From contig JBHPHS010000002.1 in NCBI GenBank assembly GCA_042571305.1, positions 1-55,194 of the forward strand: DNA of 55,194 nucleotides, read 5' to 3'. This document shows, in pieces, positions 36,485-45,185 of the stretch. This DNA is from Patescibacteria group bacterium (lineage in GTDB: Bacteria > Patescibacteriota > Microgenomatia > UBA8517). Position 1 is the stretch's first letter, and each line of letters opens with the position of its first letter. Below the pieces are notes generated by a model. The model worked only from the letters and a program-made list of their open reading frames with translations, did not search any database and had not been told where the DNA came from. The translations under genes and the position numbers were made by a program.

Positions 36485-38190
36485 AGAAGACCTACCTTTT
36501 ATTTGTAGTTTTTTTTATTGCCTTTGCTGCACTTTTAGTAAGACTTTTTTATTGGCAGGTAGTCAAAGGTTCAGATCTATCCAGACAAGCTAAACTTCAG
36601 TACAACTCAGGCCAAGTTCTTTCCGCTCCAAGAGGCAATATTTCAGCGTCTGATGGAAGCTACCTAGCTGTGGGTACTGATTCATGGCTGGTATATGCCA
36701 CACCTCCAGAAATTACCGAGACTTCTAAAAAAATTGCCAATATTCTTTCACCTTTTTTTGTTTCTGATGCAGAAGGTAAGCAGAGTTTGCTTGATGAAAC
36801 AAATCGGCTGCAGGCGTTACTTGAAAAAAGCGGTGTTGTCTGGACTCCTTTGAAGCAAAAAGTAACTCCCGAGGTTAAGAAAAATATTGAGGCCCTTAAT
36901 ATTAATGGAATTGGATTTGAAAGGCAGGAGATACGTTTTTATCCCGAAGCTTCATCTGCGGCACAACTTTTAGGTTTTGTTGGTAAAAATGAAGCAGGAG
37001 AGGATGTTGGTTACTTTGGACTTGAAGGGTATTACGATCTTTCTTTATCAGGAAAGTTTGGATATGTGGGAAGAGAAAAGGGGGGAGGGGGTGCACCGAT
37101 ATTACTTGGAGGAAGTCATCAAGCTTCCGCCATTGATGGAGTTGATCTGGTCACCAGTATAGATAAAAGAATCCAGTTGATGGTTGAGAAAAAATTATCT
37201 GAAGGATTAAAAAGATATGAGGCCAAAGCGGGGAGTGTTATTGTAATGAATCCTTTCACAGGTAACATTTTTGCAATGGCATCTGAACCATCATATGATC
37301 CTGCCTCCTATTGGGATTATGGGGATGAGTATTTCAAAAATCCTGTTGCTTCTGATTCTTTTGAGCCAGGAAGTGTATTTAAAGTAATTATTATGGCATC
37401 AGCTCTTGATGCGGGAGTTGTTGAGCCTGATACAAAGTGTGATATTTGCACAGGACCCTTGAGAGTTGATAAATATGATATTGATACTTGGGATGGAAAA
37501 TATTATCCGGATTCAACGATGACTGAGGTTATTGTACATTCAGATAATGTAGGTATGGCGTCGGTTGGTCAGAAGATGGGTGTTGAGAACATGTATGATT
37601 ACTTAGACAAATTCGGAATAGGGAAATCCACCGGAATTGATCTTCAGGGAGAGGCAGCGGTACCTTTAAGAAAAAAAGGAACATGGAATATAGTTGATTT
37701 GGCAACTGCCAGTTTTGGTCAGGGAGTTTCGGTAACTTCAATTCAAATGGCCAGAGCAGTTTCGGTTATTGCTAACGGTGGAGAATTAATCACTCCGAAT
37801 GTTGTGCAAAAACTAAAAAGTGATGGATGGGAAGAGGAGATAAAAAGCAATAAAGGGGTAAGAATAATTAGTGAAAAAGCGGCAGAAGAAATGACTGCGA
37901 TGATGGTTGAAGCAGCGAAGCATGGAGAAGCTAAGTGGACTGATGTACCAGGTTTTGGAGTTGCAGGCAAAACCGGTACAGCTCAAATTCCGATTGCAGG
38001 TCATTACGATGCTGACAAAACAATTGCTTCTTTTGTCGGATTTGCACCATCAGACAAACCTAAGTTTTTGATGTTTGTAACCCTAAGAGAACCTCAATCC
38101 TCTCAGTGGGCTAGCGAAACAGCAGCTCCTCTTTGGTATTCAATTGCTAAAGATCTTTTTCCATATTTTGGTATTCATCCTGAAAATTGA
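36481..38190 (+). CDS. ftsI: Penicillin-binding protein (class B transpeptidase, FtsI/PBP2-like)
   Basis: N-terminal TM helix, with SxxK (SVFK), SxN (HSDN) and KTG (KTGTA) motifs in the right order. Confidence 0.9.
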   Translation: MKKTYLLFVVFFIAFAALLVRLFYWQVVKGSDLSRQAKLQYNSGQVLSAPRGNISASDGSYLAVGTDSWLVYATPPEITETSKKIANILSPFFVSDAEGKQSLLDETNRLQALLEKSGVVWTPLKQKVTPEVKKNIEALNINGIGFERQEIRFYPEASSAAQLLGFVGKNEAGEDVGYFGLEGYYDLSLSGKFGYVGREKGGGGAPILLGGSHQASAIDGVDLVTSIDKRIQLMVEKKLSEGLKRYEAKAGSVIVMNPFTGNIFAMASEPSYDPASYWDYGDEYFKNPVASDSFEPGSVFKVIIMASALDAGVVEPDTKCDICTGPLRVDKYDIDTWDGKYYPDSTMTEVIVHSDNVGMASVGQKMGVENMYDYLDKFGIGKSTGIDLQGEAAVPLRKKGTWNIVDLATASFGQGVSVTSIQMARAVSVIANGGELITPNVVQKLKSDGWEEEIKSNKGVRIISEKAAEEMTAMMVEAAKHGEAKWTDVPGFGVAGKTGTAQIPIAGHYDADKTIASFVGFAPSDKPKFLMFVTLREPQSSQWASETAAPLWYSIAKDLFPYFGIHPEN

Positions 38191-38191
38191 G

Positions 38192-38197
38192 TATAAT
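38192..38197 (+). promoter_or_regulatory. TATAAT box 12 nt upstream of the murA ATG
   Basis: The sequence is gagTATAATacctagttaagcATG, with no Shine-Dalgarno sequence in the gap. Confidence 0.3.
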
Positions 38198-38209
38198 ACC
38201 TAGTTAAGC

Positions 38210-39487
38210 ATGGCTAAATTTATAATTAAGGGAGGCAAGGCACTTGAGGGGAGGGTGAAGCTTTCAGGCAACAAAAATGCTGCTCTTAAACTCATTCCTG
38301 CCGCACTTTTGTCAGATAAACCCTCTACTTTTACTAATGTTCCTGACATTTTGGATGTTTCCGTGATACTTGAAATAATTAATAAATTAGGAGTTGGTGT
38401 GGAACAAAAAGATAACACTGTTATCATTGATCCTTCCACTATTAAATCCAGTGAACCAGATAGCGCACTTTGTGCTAAAATTCGTGCCTCAGTTGTTTTA
38501 GCTGCACCTCTTTTGGCTAGATTTGGCAAAACCACAATAACTCCACCCGGAGGAGACCAGATTGGAGATAGACTTTTAGAAACTCATTTTGGTTTGATGC
38601 AGAAAATGGGGGTTGAGATTAAAAGGGAAGATGGGAGGTACTTTCTTTCTTGGAAGAAAAAAGGACCAAGCGATATTTTTCTTGATGAATCTTCTGTCAC
38701 TGCAACAGAGATGGGTTTGATGCTTGCTTCAAGTATAAACCATGAAACAAAAATTGAAGACGCTGCGGCTGAACCCCATGTAGTGGATTTGGCTAATTAC
38801 TTGCAAAAGATGGGGGCCACCATTCATGGAGCGGGAACGGGTAATTTAGTAATTAAAGGGAATGGTAAATTAGTGGGGTGTGAGCACAGGGTTATTCCTG
38901 ACCATATTGAAGGAGGAACCTTTGCCATTGCTGCAGCTATTACACAAGGGAGAATAACCATCGGGGATTTTCAAGCCGATAATTACAAGATGATTTTAAG
39001 TTACCTTTCTGACATGGGAGTCAAATATAAAATCGGCAAAAACACACTTGAGGTGTTTCCTTCCAAACTTAAGGTAAAAAGCAAAAGAAGAGAGTTTCAG
39101 ACACGTCCCTGGCCGGGTTTTCCTACAGATTTGATGAGCCCGTTTATCGTTCTGGCAACCCAGTGTGAAGGAACTGTACTTTGCCATGACTGGATGTATG
39201 AGTGGAGAATATTTTTTGTCGATGATCTAAAAAGCATGGGAGCGAAGATATTTATAGCTGACCCACACAGAGTAATTATAAGTGGACCAACCAAGCTTTT
39301 GGCAGATAGGATTTATTGCAAAGATATCCGAGCGGGTATATCTATGATTTTGGCGGCACTTGTAGCCGAAGGAACAAGTGAAATTGAAAATATTGAAGTA
39401 GCACAAAGAGGGTATGAAAAGATTGAGGAGAGACTAATGAATTTGGGAGCCGACATTAAAATAGTGGACGATGACAAAGGGAATTGA
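38210..39487 (+). CDS. murA: UDP-N-acetylglucosamine 1-carboxyvinyltransferase MurA (Asp in place of the fosfomycin-target Cys)
   Basis: It aligns end to end with E. coli MurA from memory (SGNKNAAL, IPDHIEGGTF, DIRAGISMILAAL, RGYEKIEERL). The active-site loop is PPGGDQIGDR versus E. coli LPGGCTIGAR. Confidence 0.95.
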   Translation: MAKFIIKGGKALEGRVKLSGNKNAALKLIPAALLSDKPSTFTNVPDILDVSVILEIINKLGVGVEQKDNTVIIDPSTIKSSEPDSALCAKIRASVVLAAPLLARFGKTTITPPGGDQIGDRLLETHFGLMQKMGVEIKREDGRYFLSWKKKGPSDIFLDESSVTATEMGLMLASSINHETKIEDAAAEPHVVDLANYLQKMGATIHGAGTGNLVIKGNGKLVGCEHRVIPDHIEGGTFAIAAAITQGRITIGDFQADNYKMILSYLSDMGVKYKIGKNTLEVFPSKLKVKSKRREFQTRPWPGFPTDLMSPFIVLATQCEGTVLCHDWMYEWRIFFVDDLKSMGAKIFIADPHRVIISGPTKLLADRIYCKDIRAGISMILAALVAEGTSEIENIEVAQRGYEKIEERLMNLGADIKIVDDDKGN

Positions 39488-41432
39488 ATCAGACTCCAGA
39501 AAGGTTTTGCCCGGTTTTACCTTCGTAGCTATACGGGGAATAACTCACGATGGGCACAACTTTATTAAAGAAGCACTAAACAATGGGGCTACAAAAATTG
39601 TAGGTGAGAAAAATAGACCTTCCTGGCTTCCTGATAGGATTGAGTATTTAGAAGTAAATGATTCTCGTGAAGCGTTAGGTAAACTAGCTTCAGATTTTTA
39701 TGACAACCCTTCAAAGAAATTAACACTAATAGGAGTAACCGGTACAAAAGGCAAAACCACTACAGCTCATTTGATTTATCATATCTTAACCAGCCTCGGA
39801 CAAAAGGTTGGTTTAGTTTCATCAATTTCAGTTCCGGGCCTGCATGTAACAACTCCTGATGTAGTTTTGTTTCATAAAATGCTTAAACAGATGGTTGATA
39901 AGGGGTGTAAATATGCCGTAATTGAAGTTAGCTCCCACGGAATTGATCAGAAAAGAATCGCTGGGGCAAAATTTGATGTTGGGGTTTTAACCAATATTGC
40001 TTCCGAGCATCTTGATTATCACAAAAACTTCTCAGAGTATAAAAATGCAAAAATGTCATTTATAAATTCAACAAAAATAAAGATATATGCACCAAAAACT
40101 ACAAAACTGAATATTTTACCTGGAGAGTTTAACAATCTTAATGCTGAAGCTGCTTTAAAAACAGTAAAAGCTTTAGGTTTTAATTTTAAAAAAGCAAAGG
40201 TTTCTGTTTGTTCGTTTGAATTACCTGAAGGCAGACTACAGGAAATAAAAAATAGCCTAGGTATAAAAATTATCATTGATTTTGCCCACACCCCCGATTC
40301 TCTTAATGCTGTTCTTACCCACTTAAAGGAGGTAACCAAAAACAAACTAATTGTTGTGTTTGGATGTGCGGGAGAAAGAGACAGTAAGAAGCGCTCTAAG
40401 ATGGGTAGAATATCAACACAAATTGCAGATTTATCTATATTTACGGCAGAGGATCCAAGAAGCGAGAGAGTCTTTGATATTTTAAAGACCATGAAATCCA
40501 AAGCCTTAAAAGGTACGTTTGTTGAAATTGCGGAAAGGGCTGAAGCGATTGCATATGGACTATCAATTGTTAAAAAAGGAGACACACTTGCGGTATTGGG
40601 AAAAGGGCATGAAAAAAGTATGGCATATAAAGGCTATGAACACCCATGGAGCGACAAAGAACTAATTATGAGCTTACTTAACGCAAAAGATAATACCGCA
40701 GTTATTGTTTTAGCAGCAGGAAAAGGAACAAGAATGAAAAATAGTAAACCTAAGGTGCTGCGTGAGATATGTGCTCGTCCAATGATTTCCTATACTCTTG
40801 AAAGTTTACGCAAAGCTGGTTTTAGCGAAATCGTGGTTGTTGTTTCTTATAAGAAGGATGTGGTTTTAAGAAGGGTCAAAGGAGCAATTAAAGCTGCGGT
40901 TCAGAAAAATTCTAAGGGTGGTACTGCGGATGCTGCAAAGGCGGGTCTTTTCGAAGTTTCAAAAAACGCAACAACAGTCGTTGTAATTAATGGGGATGAT
41001 AGTGCTTTTTATAAACCAGATACGATTAATGAGGTTGTTGAAACACATTGTAAAACCAAATCTAGCTTGACCTTTGTAAGTTTAGAAAAAGACAATCCCC
41101 ACGGCTTGGGTAGAGTTGTTAGGGATAATAAAGGAAACCTTCTTACAATTGTTGAGGAAAAAGATGCAACTGATACACAAAGAAAAATTAAGGAGATAAA
41201 TGACGGTCTTTATGTTTTTAAAAGAAAATGGCTTGAGGCAAATATTAAGAAGGTTAAATTAAGTCCCCAGGGAGAGTACTATTTAGTGGATTTGGTCAAA
41301 ATAGCACTTTCTCAGAAAGAGAAAGTTGTTGTTTATAAACTTAAAGATTCTAATCAGTGGCAAGGTATCAATACTCCCGAACAACTTTTAGAAGCTCAAA
41401 AAAAGATGAAAAAAAGGTTAGGTTATGAATAG
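39471..41432 (+). CDS. murE: Fusion protein: MurE (UDP-MurNAc-L-Ala-D-Glu:diamino acid ligase) plus the GlmU-type N-terminal uridyltransferase domain
   Basis: The MurE part carries SDSRKVLPGFTFVAIRG, GVTGTKGKTTT, DFAHTPDSL, GCAGERD and EDPR. From about 40698 the sequence is AVIVLAAGKGTRMKNSKPKVL...IVEEKDATDTQRKIKEINDGL...PQGEYYLVDLV, which closely matches E. coli GlmU residues ~5-230. No hexapeptide acetyltransferase domain follows. Confidence 0.85.
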   Translation: MTKGIESDSRKVLPGFTFVAIRGITHDGHNFIKEALNNGATKIVGEKNRPSWLPDRIEYLEVNDSREALGKLASDFYDNPSKKLTLIGVTGTKGKTTTAHLIYHILTSLGQKVGLVSSISVPGLHVTTPDVVLFHKMLKQMVDKGCKYAVIEVSSHGIDQKRIAGAKFDVGVLTNIASEHLDYHKNFSEYKNAKMSFINSTKIKIYAPKTTKLNILPGEFNNLNAEAALKTVKALGFNFKKAKVSVCSFELPEGRLQEIKNSLGIKIIIDFAHTPDSLNAVLTHLKEVTKNKLIVVFGCAGERDSKKRSKMGRISTQIADLSIFTAEDPRSERVFDILKTMKSKALKGTFVEIAERAEAIAYGLSIVKKGDTLAVLGKGHEKSMAYKGYEHPWSDKELIMSLLNAKDNTAVIVLAAGKGTRMKNSKPKVLREICARPMISYTLESLRKAGFSEIVVVVSYKKDVVLRRVKGAIKAAVQKNSKGGTADAAKAGLFEVSKNATTVVVINGDDSAFYKPDTINEVVETHCKTKSSLTFVSLEKDNPHGLGRVVRDNKGNLLTIVEEKDATDTQRKIKEINDGLYVFKRKWLEANIKKVKLSPQGEYYLVDLVKIALSQKEKVVVYKLKDSNQWQGINTPEQLLEAQKKMKKRLGYE

Positions 41433-42420
41433 AGATAAAATCGTAACATTTGGTGGAGGAACTGGGCAATTTCATCTTTTATGTGGATTAAGAGAAATCT
41501 ATGATACAAGTTTAATAACCGCTGTTGCTGGTTCCTGGGATAGTGGAGGAAGTTCAGGCAGGTTAAGAACTGAACTTGGTGTACTGCCACCAGGAGATAT
41601 CAGGCGCTGTATGTTAGCTTTGATGGAGGATGAGAAACAAAGACAAATTGCTCAAAGACTTTTTGATGACAGACTGGAGGAAATTGCAGGACCTCTTAAG
41701 GGTCACTCTTTAGGTAATCTAATAACAGCAAGGCTTGACCATATCTATAGAGGCCAAGATAGAGGAATTGAGGCAGAAAGGTGTCTTTTTAGGGTGAAAG
41801 CAAGGGTCTTACCAGTAAGCTTAACCGAATTGCAGTTGGTTGCCGAAACTGCAAAAGGCACCAAAGTTACAGGGGAAACAAACATAGATTTTCGTGTAAA
41901 GGATAAAAATTTTAATCCAAAAGACAGGATCGTTCGCATATATTTTGATACTCGTGCTGATCCAAACCCAGAGGTAATAAAGGCAGTAGAAGAAGCTGAA
42001 AAGATAATTTTTGCACCAGGAGATCTTTACACAAGTGTTTTGCCACATCTTTTGGTTGATGAGGTAAAAGAAGCAATAATTGCATCAAAAGCAAAGTTGA
42101 TTTTTGTACTTAATTTGGCAACCAAAGCAGGTGAGACTGATTCATACAAAGCATCAGATTTTCTAGAAAGTTTCCTTTTTTATCTTGATGCACCAGGAAG
42201 ACTTAACTATTTCTTGGTTAATGAAAATCATTTTGATCGTGAGATTATTAAAATTTATAAAGGTGAAGGTCAAAACCTAGTTGAAGTTGATACAGTCAAA
42301 ATTAAAAAACTTGAACCAAAATTAAAAATAGTTAAAAAACCAATTTCCGTTTATCTTAAGAAAGAACATTTGCTGCGACACGACCCTATAAAATTAGCAA
42401 AAGCTATTCTGAAGCTTTAG
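41425..42420 (+). CDS. yvcK: YvcK/CofD-family (UPF0052) protein
   Basis: IVTFGGGTGQFHLLCGLRE...AVAGSWDSGGSSGRLRTELGVLPPGDIRRC is the family signature. Confidence 0.8.
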   Translation: MNRDKIVTFGGGTGQFHLLCGLREIYDTSLITAVAGSWDSGGSSGRLRTELGVLPPGDIRRCMLALMEDEKQRQIAQRLFDDRLEEIAGPLKGHSLGNLITARLDHIYRGQDRGIEAERCLFRVKARVLPVSLTELQLVAETAKGTKVTGETNIDFRVKDKNFNPKDRIVRIYFDTRADPNPEVIKAVEEAEKIIFAPGDLYTSVLPHLLVDEVKEAIIASKAKLIFVLNLATKAGETDSYKASDFLESFLFYLDAPGRLNYFLVNENHFDREIIKIYKGEGQNLVEVDTVKIKKLEPKLKIVKKPISVYLKKEHLLRHDPIKLAKAILKL

Positions 42421-43087
42421 AGGCTGCTTGATTGTTTAGATAATGACCGATTAATCCGGGTGTGCGGGCTATAATAAATACCGCGTTTCCAAGCCTTGCA
42501 GGCCAGTCGAAAGTGCACAAAATTGAAGCAATTACACCGTCGATGTTAACAGGAATAGGTTTGCCTTTGGCCAGACTGATTTCTTTTTCAATTTGTTTAG
42601 CAATATTAATATAAAAATCATCCATATTTTCCTTTTGTGCCAGATTAAAGATAAATTCTGCTCTTGGATCAATGGTGTAAATTCTGTGTCCAAGCCCAGG
42701 TATTTTACGGTCTTGTTTTAGACACTCATTAACCATTTTTTTAATGTTTAAATTATCTTTTTTGATTTTATAAAAAAGCTCCATTGCAGGTTTTATTGCC
42801 CCACCGTGATCATCGTTTATTTGTAAAATTGCCTGAGAAAGTGATACCGAAATACTTTTTGCTTTTTTAGCATCTTTTATAATTTCGATTGCTGAAGGGG
42901 TTTGACTTCCATGATCAATAGAAATATTTAAAATGGTTTCAAATAGCTTAAGTTGGGATTTGTTAGGTTTTTTTTCAGAAAGAAGCAGATAAATCATGTA
43001 GGCAAAGTTTTTTTTGGAAACAAGCTTTAGTAAAGAAGTGTTACCAAAGTACGGTTTATTATTTTTATGTGTTACAACGGTTGACAT
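42404..43087 (-). CDS. Citryl-CoA lyase-like protein (citrate-synthase-fold module of ATP-citrate lyase)
   Basis: SIDHGSQTPSA...INDDHGGAIKPAMELFYK, PGLGHRIYTIDPRAEF, PVNIDGVIASIL and FIIARTPGLIGHYLNNQ line up with the human ACLY C-terminal module (TADHGPAVSG...GDRFGGALDAAAKMFSK, GIGHRVKSINNPDMRV, LNVDGLIGVAF, FVLGRSMGFIGHYLDQK) as recalled. Confidence 0.75.
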   Translation of the reverse strand: MSTVVTHKNNKPYFGNTSLLKLVSKKNFAYMIYLLLSEKKPNKSQLKLFETILNISIDHGSQTPSAIEIIKDAKKAKSISVSLSQAILQINDDHGGAIKPAMELFYKIKKDNLNIKKMVNECLKQDRKIPGLGHRIYTIDPRAEFIFNLAQKENMDDFYINIAKQIEKEISLAKGKPIPVNIDGVIASILCTFDWPARLGNAVFIIARTPGLIGHYLNNQAASKASE

Positions 43088-43989
43088 TGGATTGCTTTTT
43101 TAATTAACGATGGTATTTTATCAAAGCTCTCGGCCACCAATACTCCAGCTTTTTTTAATATCCTTCTTTTTTCGGAAGGGATTCCTTTCCTTCCTTCTAT
43201 TATCGCACCGGCGTGACCAAATTGCACATCCGAAGGAAGACTAGCTGTAAATTCTCCGGCAATGAATGCAATAACGGGTTTTTTAATTAAACCTTTTTCT
43301 ACAAAAGAAGCAACTCTTTCTTCATATGTTCCTCCCAATTCTCCAAAGATTACAGATGCTTTGGTTTTGACATCTTTCTCAAGTGCCAGAAGAAAATCCA
43401 CAAAATCTGTACAGATTATTCTATCTCCTCCTATTCCAACGGCCCAAGAAACCCCAAGACCATGATTCTTAAGAAGAAGCCCTACCTCTGACGTCATTCC
43501 TCCAGATTTGGAAATTACTGCAATATTTCCATCTGCGTATACCCTTTCAGGTGACAAACCACCGATTGCCCCGATTTTTAGTTTCCTGTGAGGTGCAATT
43601 AAACCAACTGAGCTTGGTCCGATTACATTTGCACCTATCTTTTGGGAGTAAGCATAAATGTAGGCAGCGTCTTTAACTGGAACCTTTTCTGCACCAATTA
43701 AAATAAATTTAATTCCAGCATCAAGTGCTTCGATTGTGGCGTCTTTTGTAAACAATGGTGGTACAAACTGTACGGAGGCATCGATTGGACCTAACTTTTT
43801 TAGGACCTCGTCAACGGTATTAAAAATTGGAACTCCGTGTAGATTTTGTCCTCCTTTGCCGGGGGTAACCCCCGCAATAATTTTTGTCCCATAATTTAAT
43901 ATTCCGACAAGTGAGGATCTTCCCTCGGACCCTGTTATACCTTGACCGATTATTTTTGAATTATTTGGAAGTTTCATATTTTTTTGCAA
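43072..43989 (-). CDS. ACL/citryl-CoA synthetase alpha-like subunit (CoA-binding plus CoA-ligase domains, phosphohistidine loop)
   Basis: IIGQGITGSEG...GVTPGKGG, SKSGGMTSEV (ACL-type GGM, versus SucD SRSGTLTYE) and DVQFGHAGAIIEG...KKAGVLVAESFDKIPSLI (compare ACLY VQFGHAGA...KEAGVFVPRSFDELGEII). Confidence 0.8.
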   Translation of the reverse strand: MQKNMKLPNNSKIIGQGITGSEGRSSLVGILNYGTKIIAGVTPGKGGQNLHGVPIFNTVDEVLKKLGPIDASVQFVPPLFTKDATIEALDAGIKFILIGAEKVPVKDAAYIYAYSQKIGANVIGPSSVGLIAPHRKLKIGAIGGLSPERVYADGNIAVISKSGGMTSEVGLLLKNHGLGVSWAVGIGGDRIICTDFVDFLLALEKDVKTKASVIFGELGGTYEERVASFVEKGLIKKPVIAFIAGEFTASLPSDVQFGHAGAIIEGRKGIPSEKRRILKKAGVLVAESFDKIPSLIKKAIQCQPL

Positions 43990-45106
43990 GTTTTGCCATT
44001 ATTTTGGCAGATTCAGTTATTGAAATTTCTTGACCGTAAAGATGAAGATTAAAATCTTTAACTTTCTTAAGCATCTCAAATGCTTCCTTATCTCTTGGAC
44101 CACCCCTTCTTATCAGAATCGGATATTTTGGTTTAGGTTTAACCTTTCTTAAAGCTTGAAGAAAGCCCGAGAGCGTTTCGTAAATATCGGTAAAATTTGC
44201 AACAGCGCCAACCACCCAAAGACCTTTAAGATATTTTTTGGAAAGAACAATTTCGGTTAATTTTTCTACCTTTTCTCTTGGTGGATTGCCAGAATATTCG
44301 GTGTAGTTTGCTGGTTTTCCACCGGATGCAATTATGGCGTCCATAGCGGTAAGAGAAGCTCCTCCACCAGAGGCAAGTACGGCAATATTTCCAGGAAGAT
44401 CGAAAAATGTAGATCCAGCTGATCCTCGATAGTCATTTTGATCAATATTTTTTGCTCTTTTTTCTCTTATTGTAGGAGTATATCCTGGAGTAGACCTAAG
44501 CTTATAATTCCAGTTTTTGTGTCTGGCAATTGCCGTATCATCAATCTTTAATTTTGCATCAACAGCAACAAGTTCTCCTTCTTTTGTTTCCACAAAAGGA
44601 TTAATTTCTAAAAGTAGTAGATCATTATCAATAAATATTTTTATTAATTTAGGTAGTAGTTTGTAAATCTTTTCAGGTACGTACTTTTGAGGAACTTTTA
44701 ATGAAAGGGTGTTGAATGGAATTGATTTACTAATCCTTTTTTCAATACCTTCTCCTCCGTTTGTGGAAAATACTATCACAGGGCTTCGATAATCCGTATC
44801 ATAGGAAATAGAAATATAGTATTCTTGTTTTATATCTATCTTCTCTTCAACCAAAACCTTACTGACTTTTTCTCCGTGAATTGTCAATGCAAAGATGTTT
44901 GATAGCTTCTTTTTTAAATCCTTATTAGAATTTATTTGGATAATTCCTCCCGCTTTTTTCCTTTTACCTGTTAGTACTTGTGCTTTAAGAATAAATGGGA
45001 GTTTAAGGTTGATATTTTGCTTTGGAGAGCTAATTAATTGAGATTTAGGAATATCTATACCGCCTTCTGATAATATTTTCTTTCCCTCGAATTCATATAG
45101 AATCAT
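43961..45106 (-). CDS. ACL/citryl-CoA synthetase beta-like subunit (ATP-grasp)
   Basis: MILYEFEGKKILSEGGI start (compare SucC MNLHEYQAK). PANYTEYSGNPPREKV resembles the ACL-type ANYGEYSGAP motif rather than SucC ANFLDVGGGA. The start is placed at ATG 45106; the ORF-track start at 45115 is a GTG three codons upstream. Confidence 0.8.
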   Translation of the reverse strand: MILYEFEGKKILSEGGIDIPKSQLISSPKQNINLKLPFILKAQVLTGKRKKAGGIIQINSNKDLKKKLSNIFALTIHGEKVSKVLVEEKIDIKQEYYISISYDTDYRSPVIVFSTNGGEGIEKRISKSIPFNTLSLKVPQKYVPEKIYKLLPKLIKIFIDNDLLLLEINPFVETKEGELVAVDAKLKIDDTAIARHKNWNYKLRSTPGYTPTIREKRAKNIDQNDYRGSAGSTFFDLPGNIAVLASGGGASLTAMDAIIASGGKPANYTEYSGNPPREKVEKLTEIVLSKKYLKGLWVVGAVANFTDIYETLSGFLQALRKVKPKPKYPILIRRGGPRDKEAFEMLKKVKDFNLHLYGQEISITESAKIMAKLAKKYETSK

Positions 45107-45179
45107 ATAGAACACAATTTACAATAAGGACAGCTTTCTTACAAGTAAGTATTTACGCGATAATAATAGCCTCATGAGG

Positions 45180-45185
45180 TATAAT
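45180..45185 (+). promoter_or_regulatory. TATAAT box 6 nt before the murC ATG
   Basis: The sequence is gagGTATAATtgccttATG. The predicted +1 is 45192, the A of the start codon that gives MIKNIHFMGIGGSG. Confidence 0.35.

Noticed and set aside
40019-40585. 188-aa ORF on the minus strand inside murE
   Set aside because: It lies entirely antisense to a strongly supported MurE coding region. It has no recognisable motif, its composition is Ser/Phe/Leu/Ile-rich as expected for the reverse complement of an AT-rich gene, and it has no upstream promoter or RBS context. I treat it as a shadow ORF.
43072-45115. Reading the two larger minus-strand genes as ordinary succinyl-CoA synthetase (sucCD)
   Set aside because: The motifs EYSGNPP, SKSGGMTSE and the QFGHAGA...FDKIPSLI tail resemble ACL/citryl-CoA-synthetase proteins more than SucC/SucD. 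A citryl-CoA-lyase-like gene is also translationally coupled downstream. The SCS reading remains the main alternative, to be tested by phylogeny.
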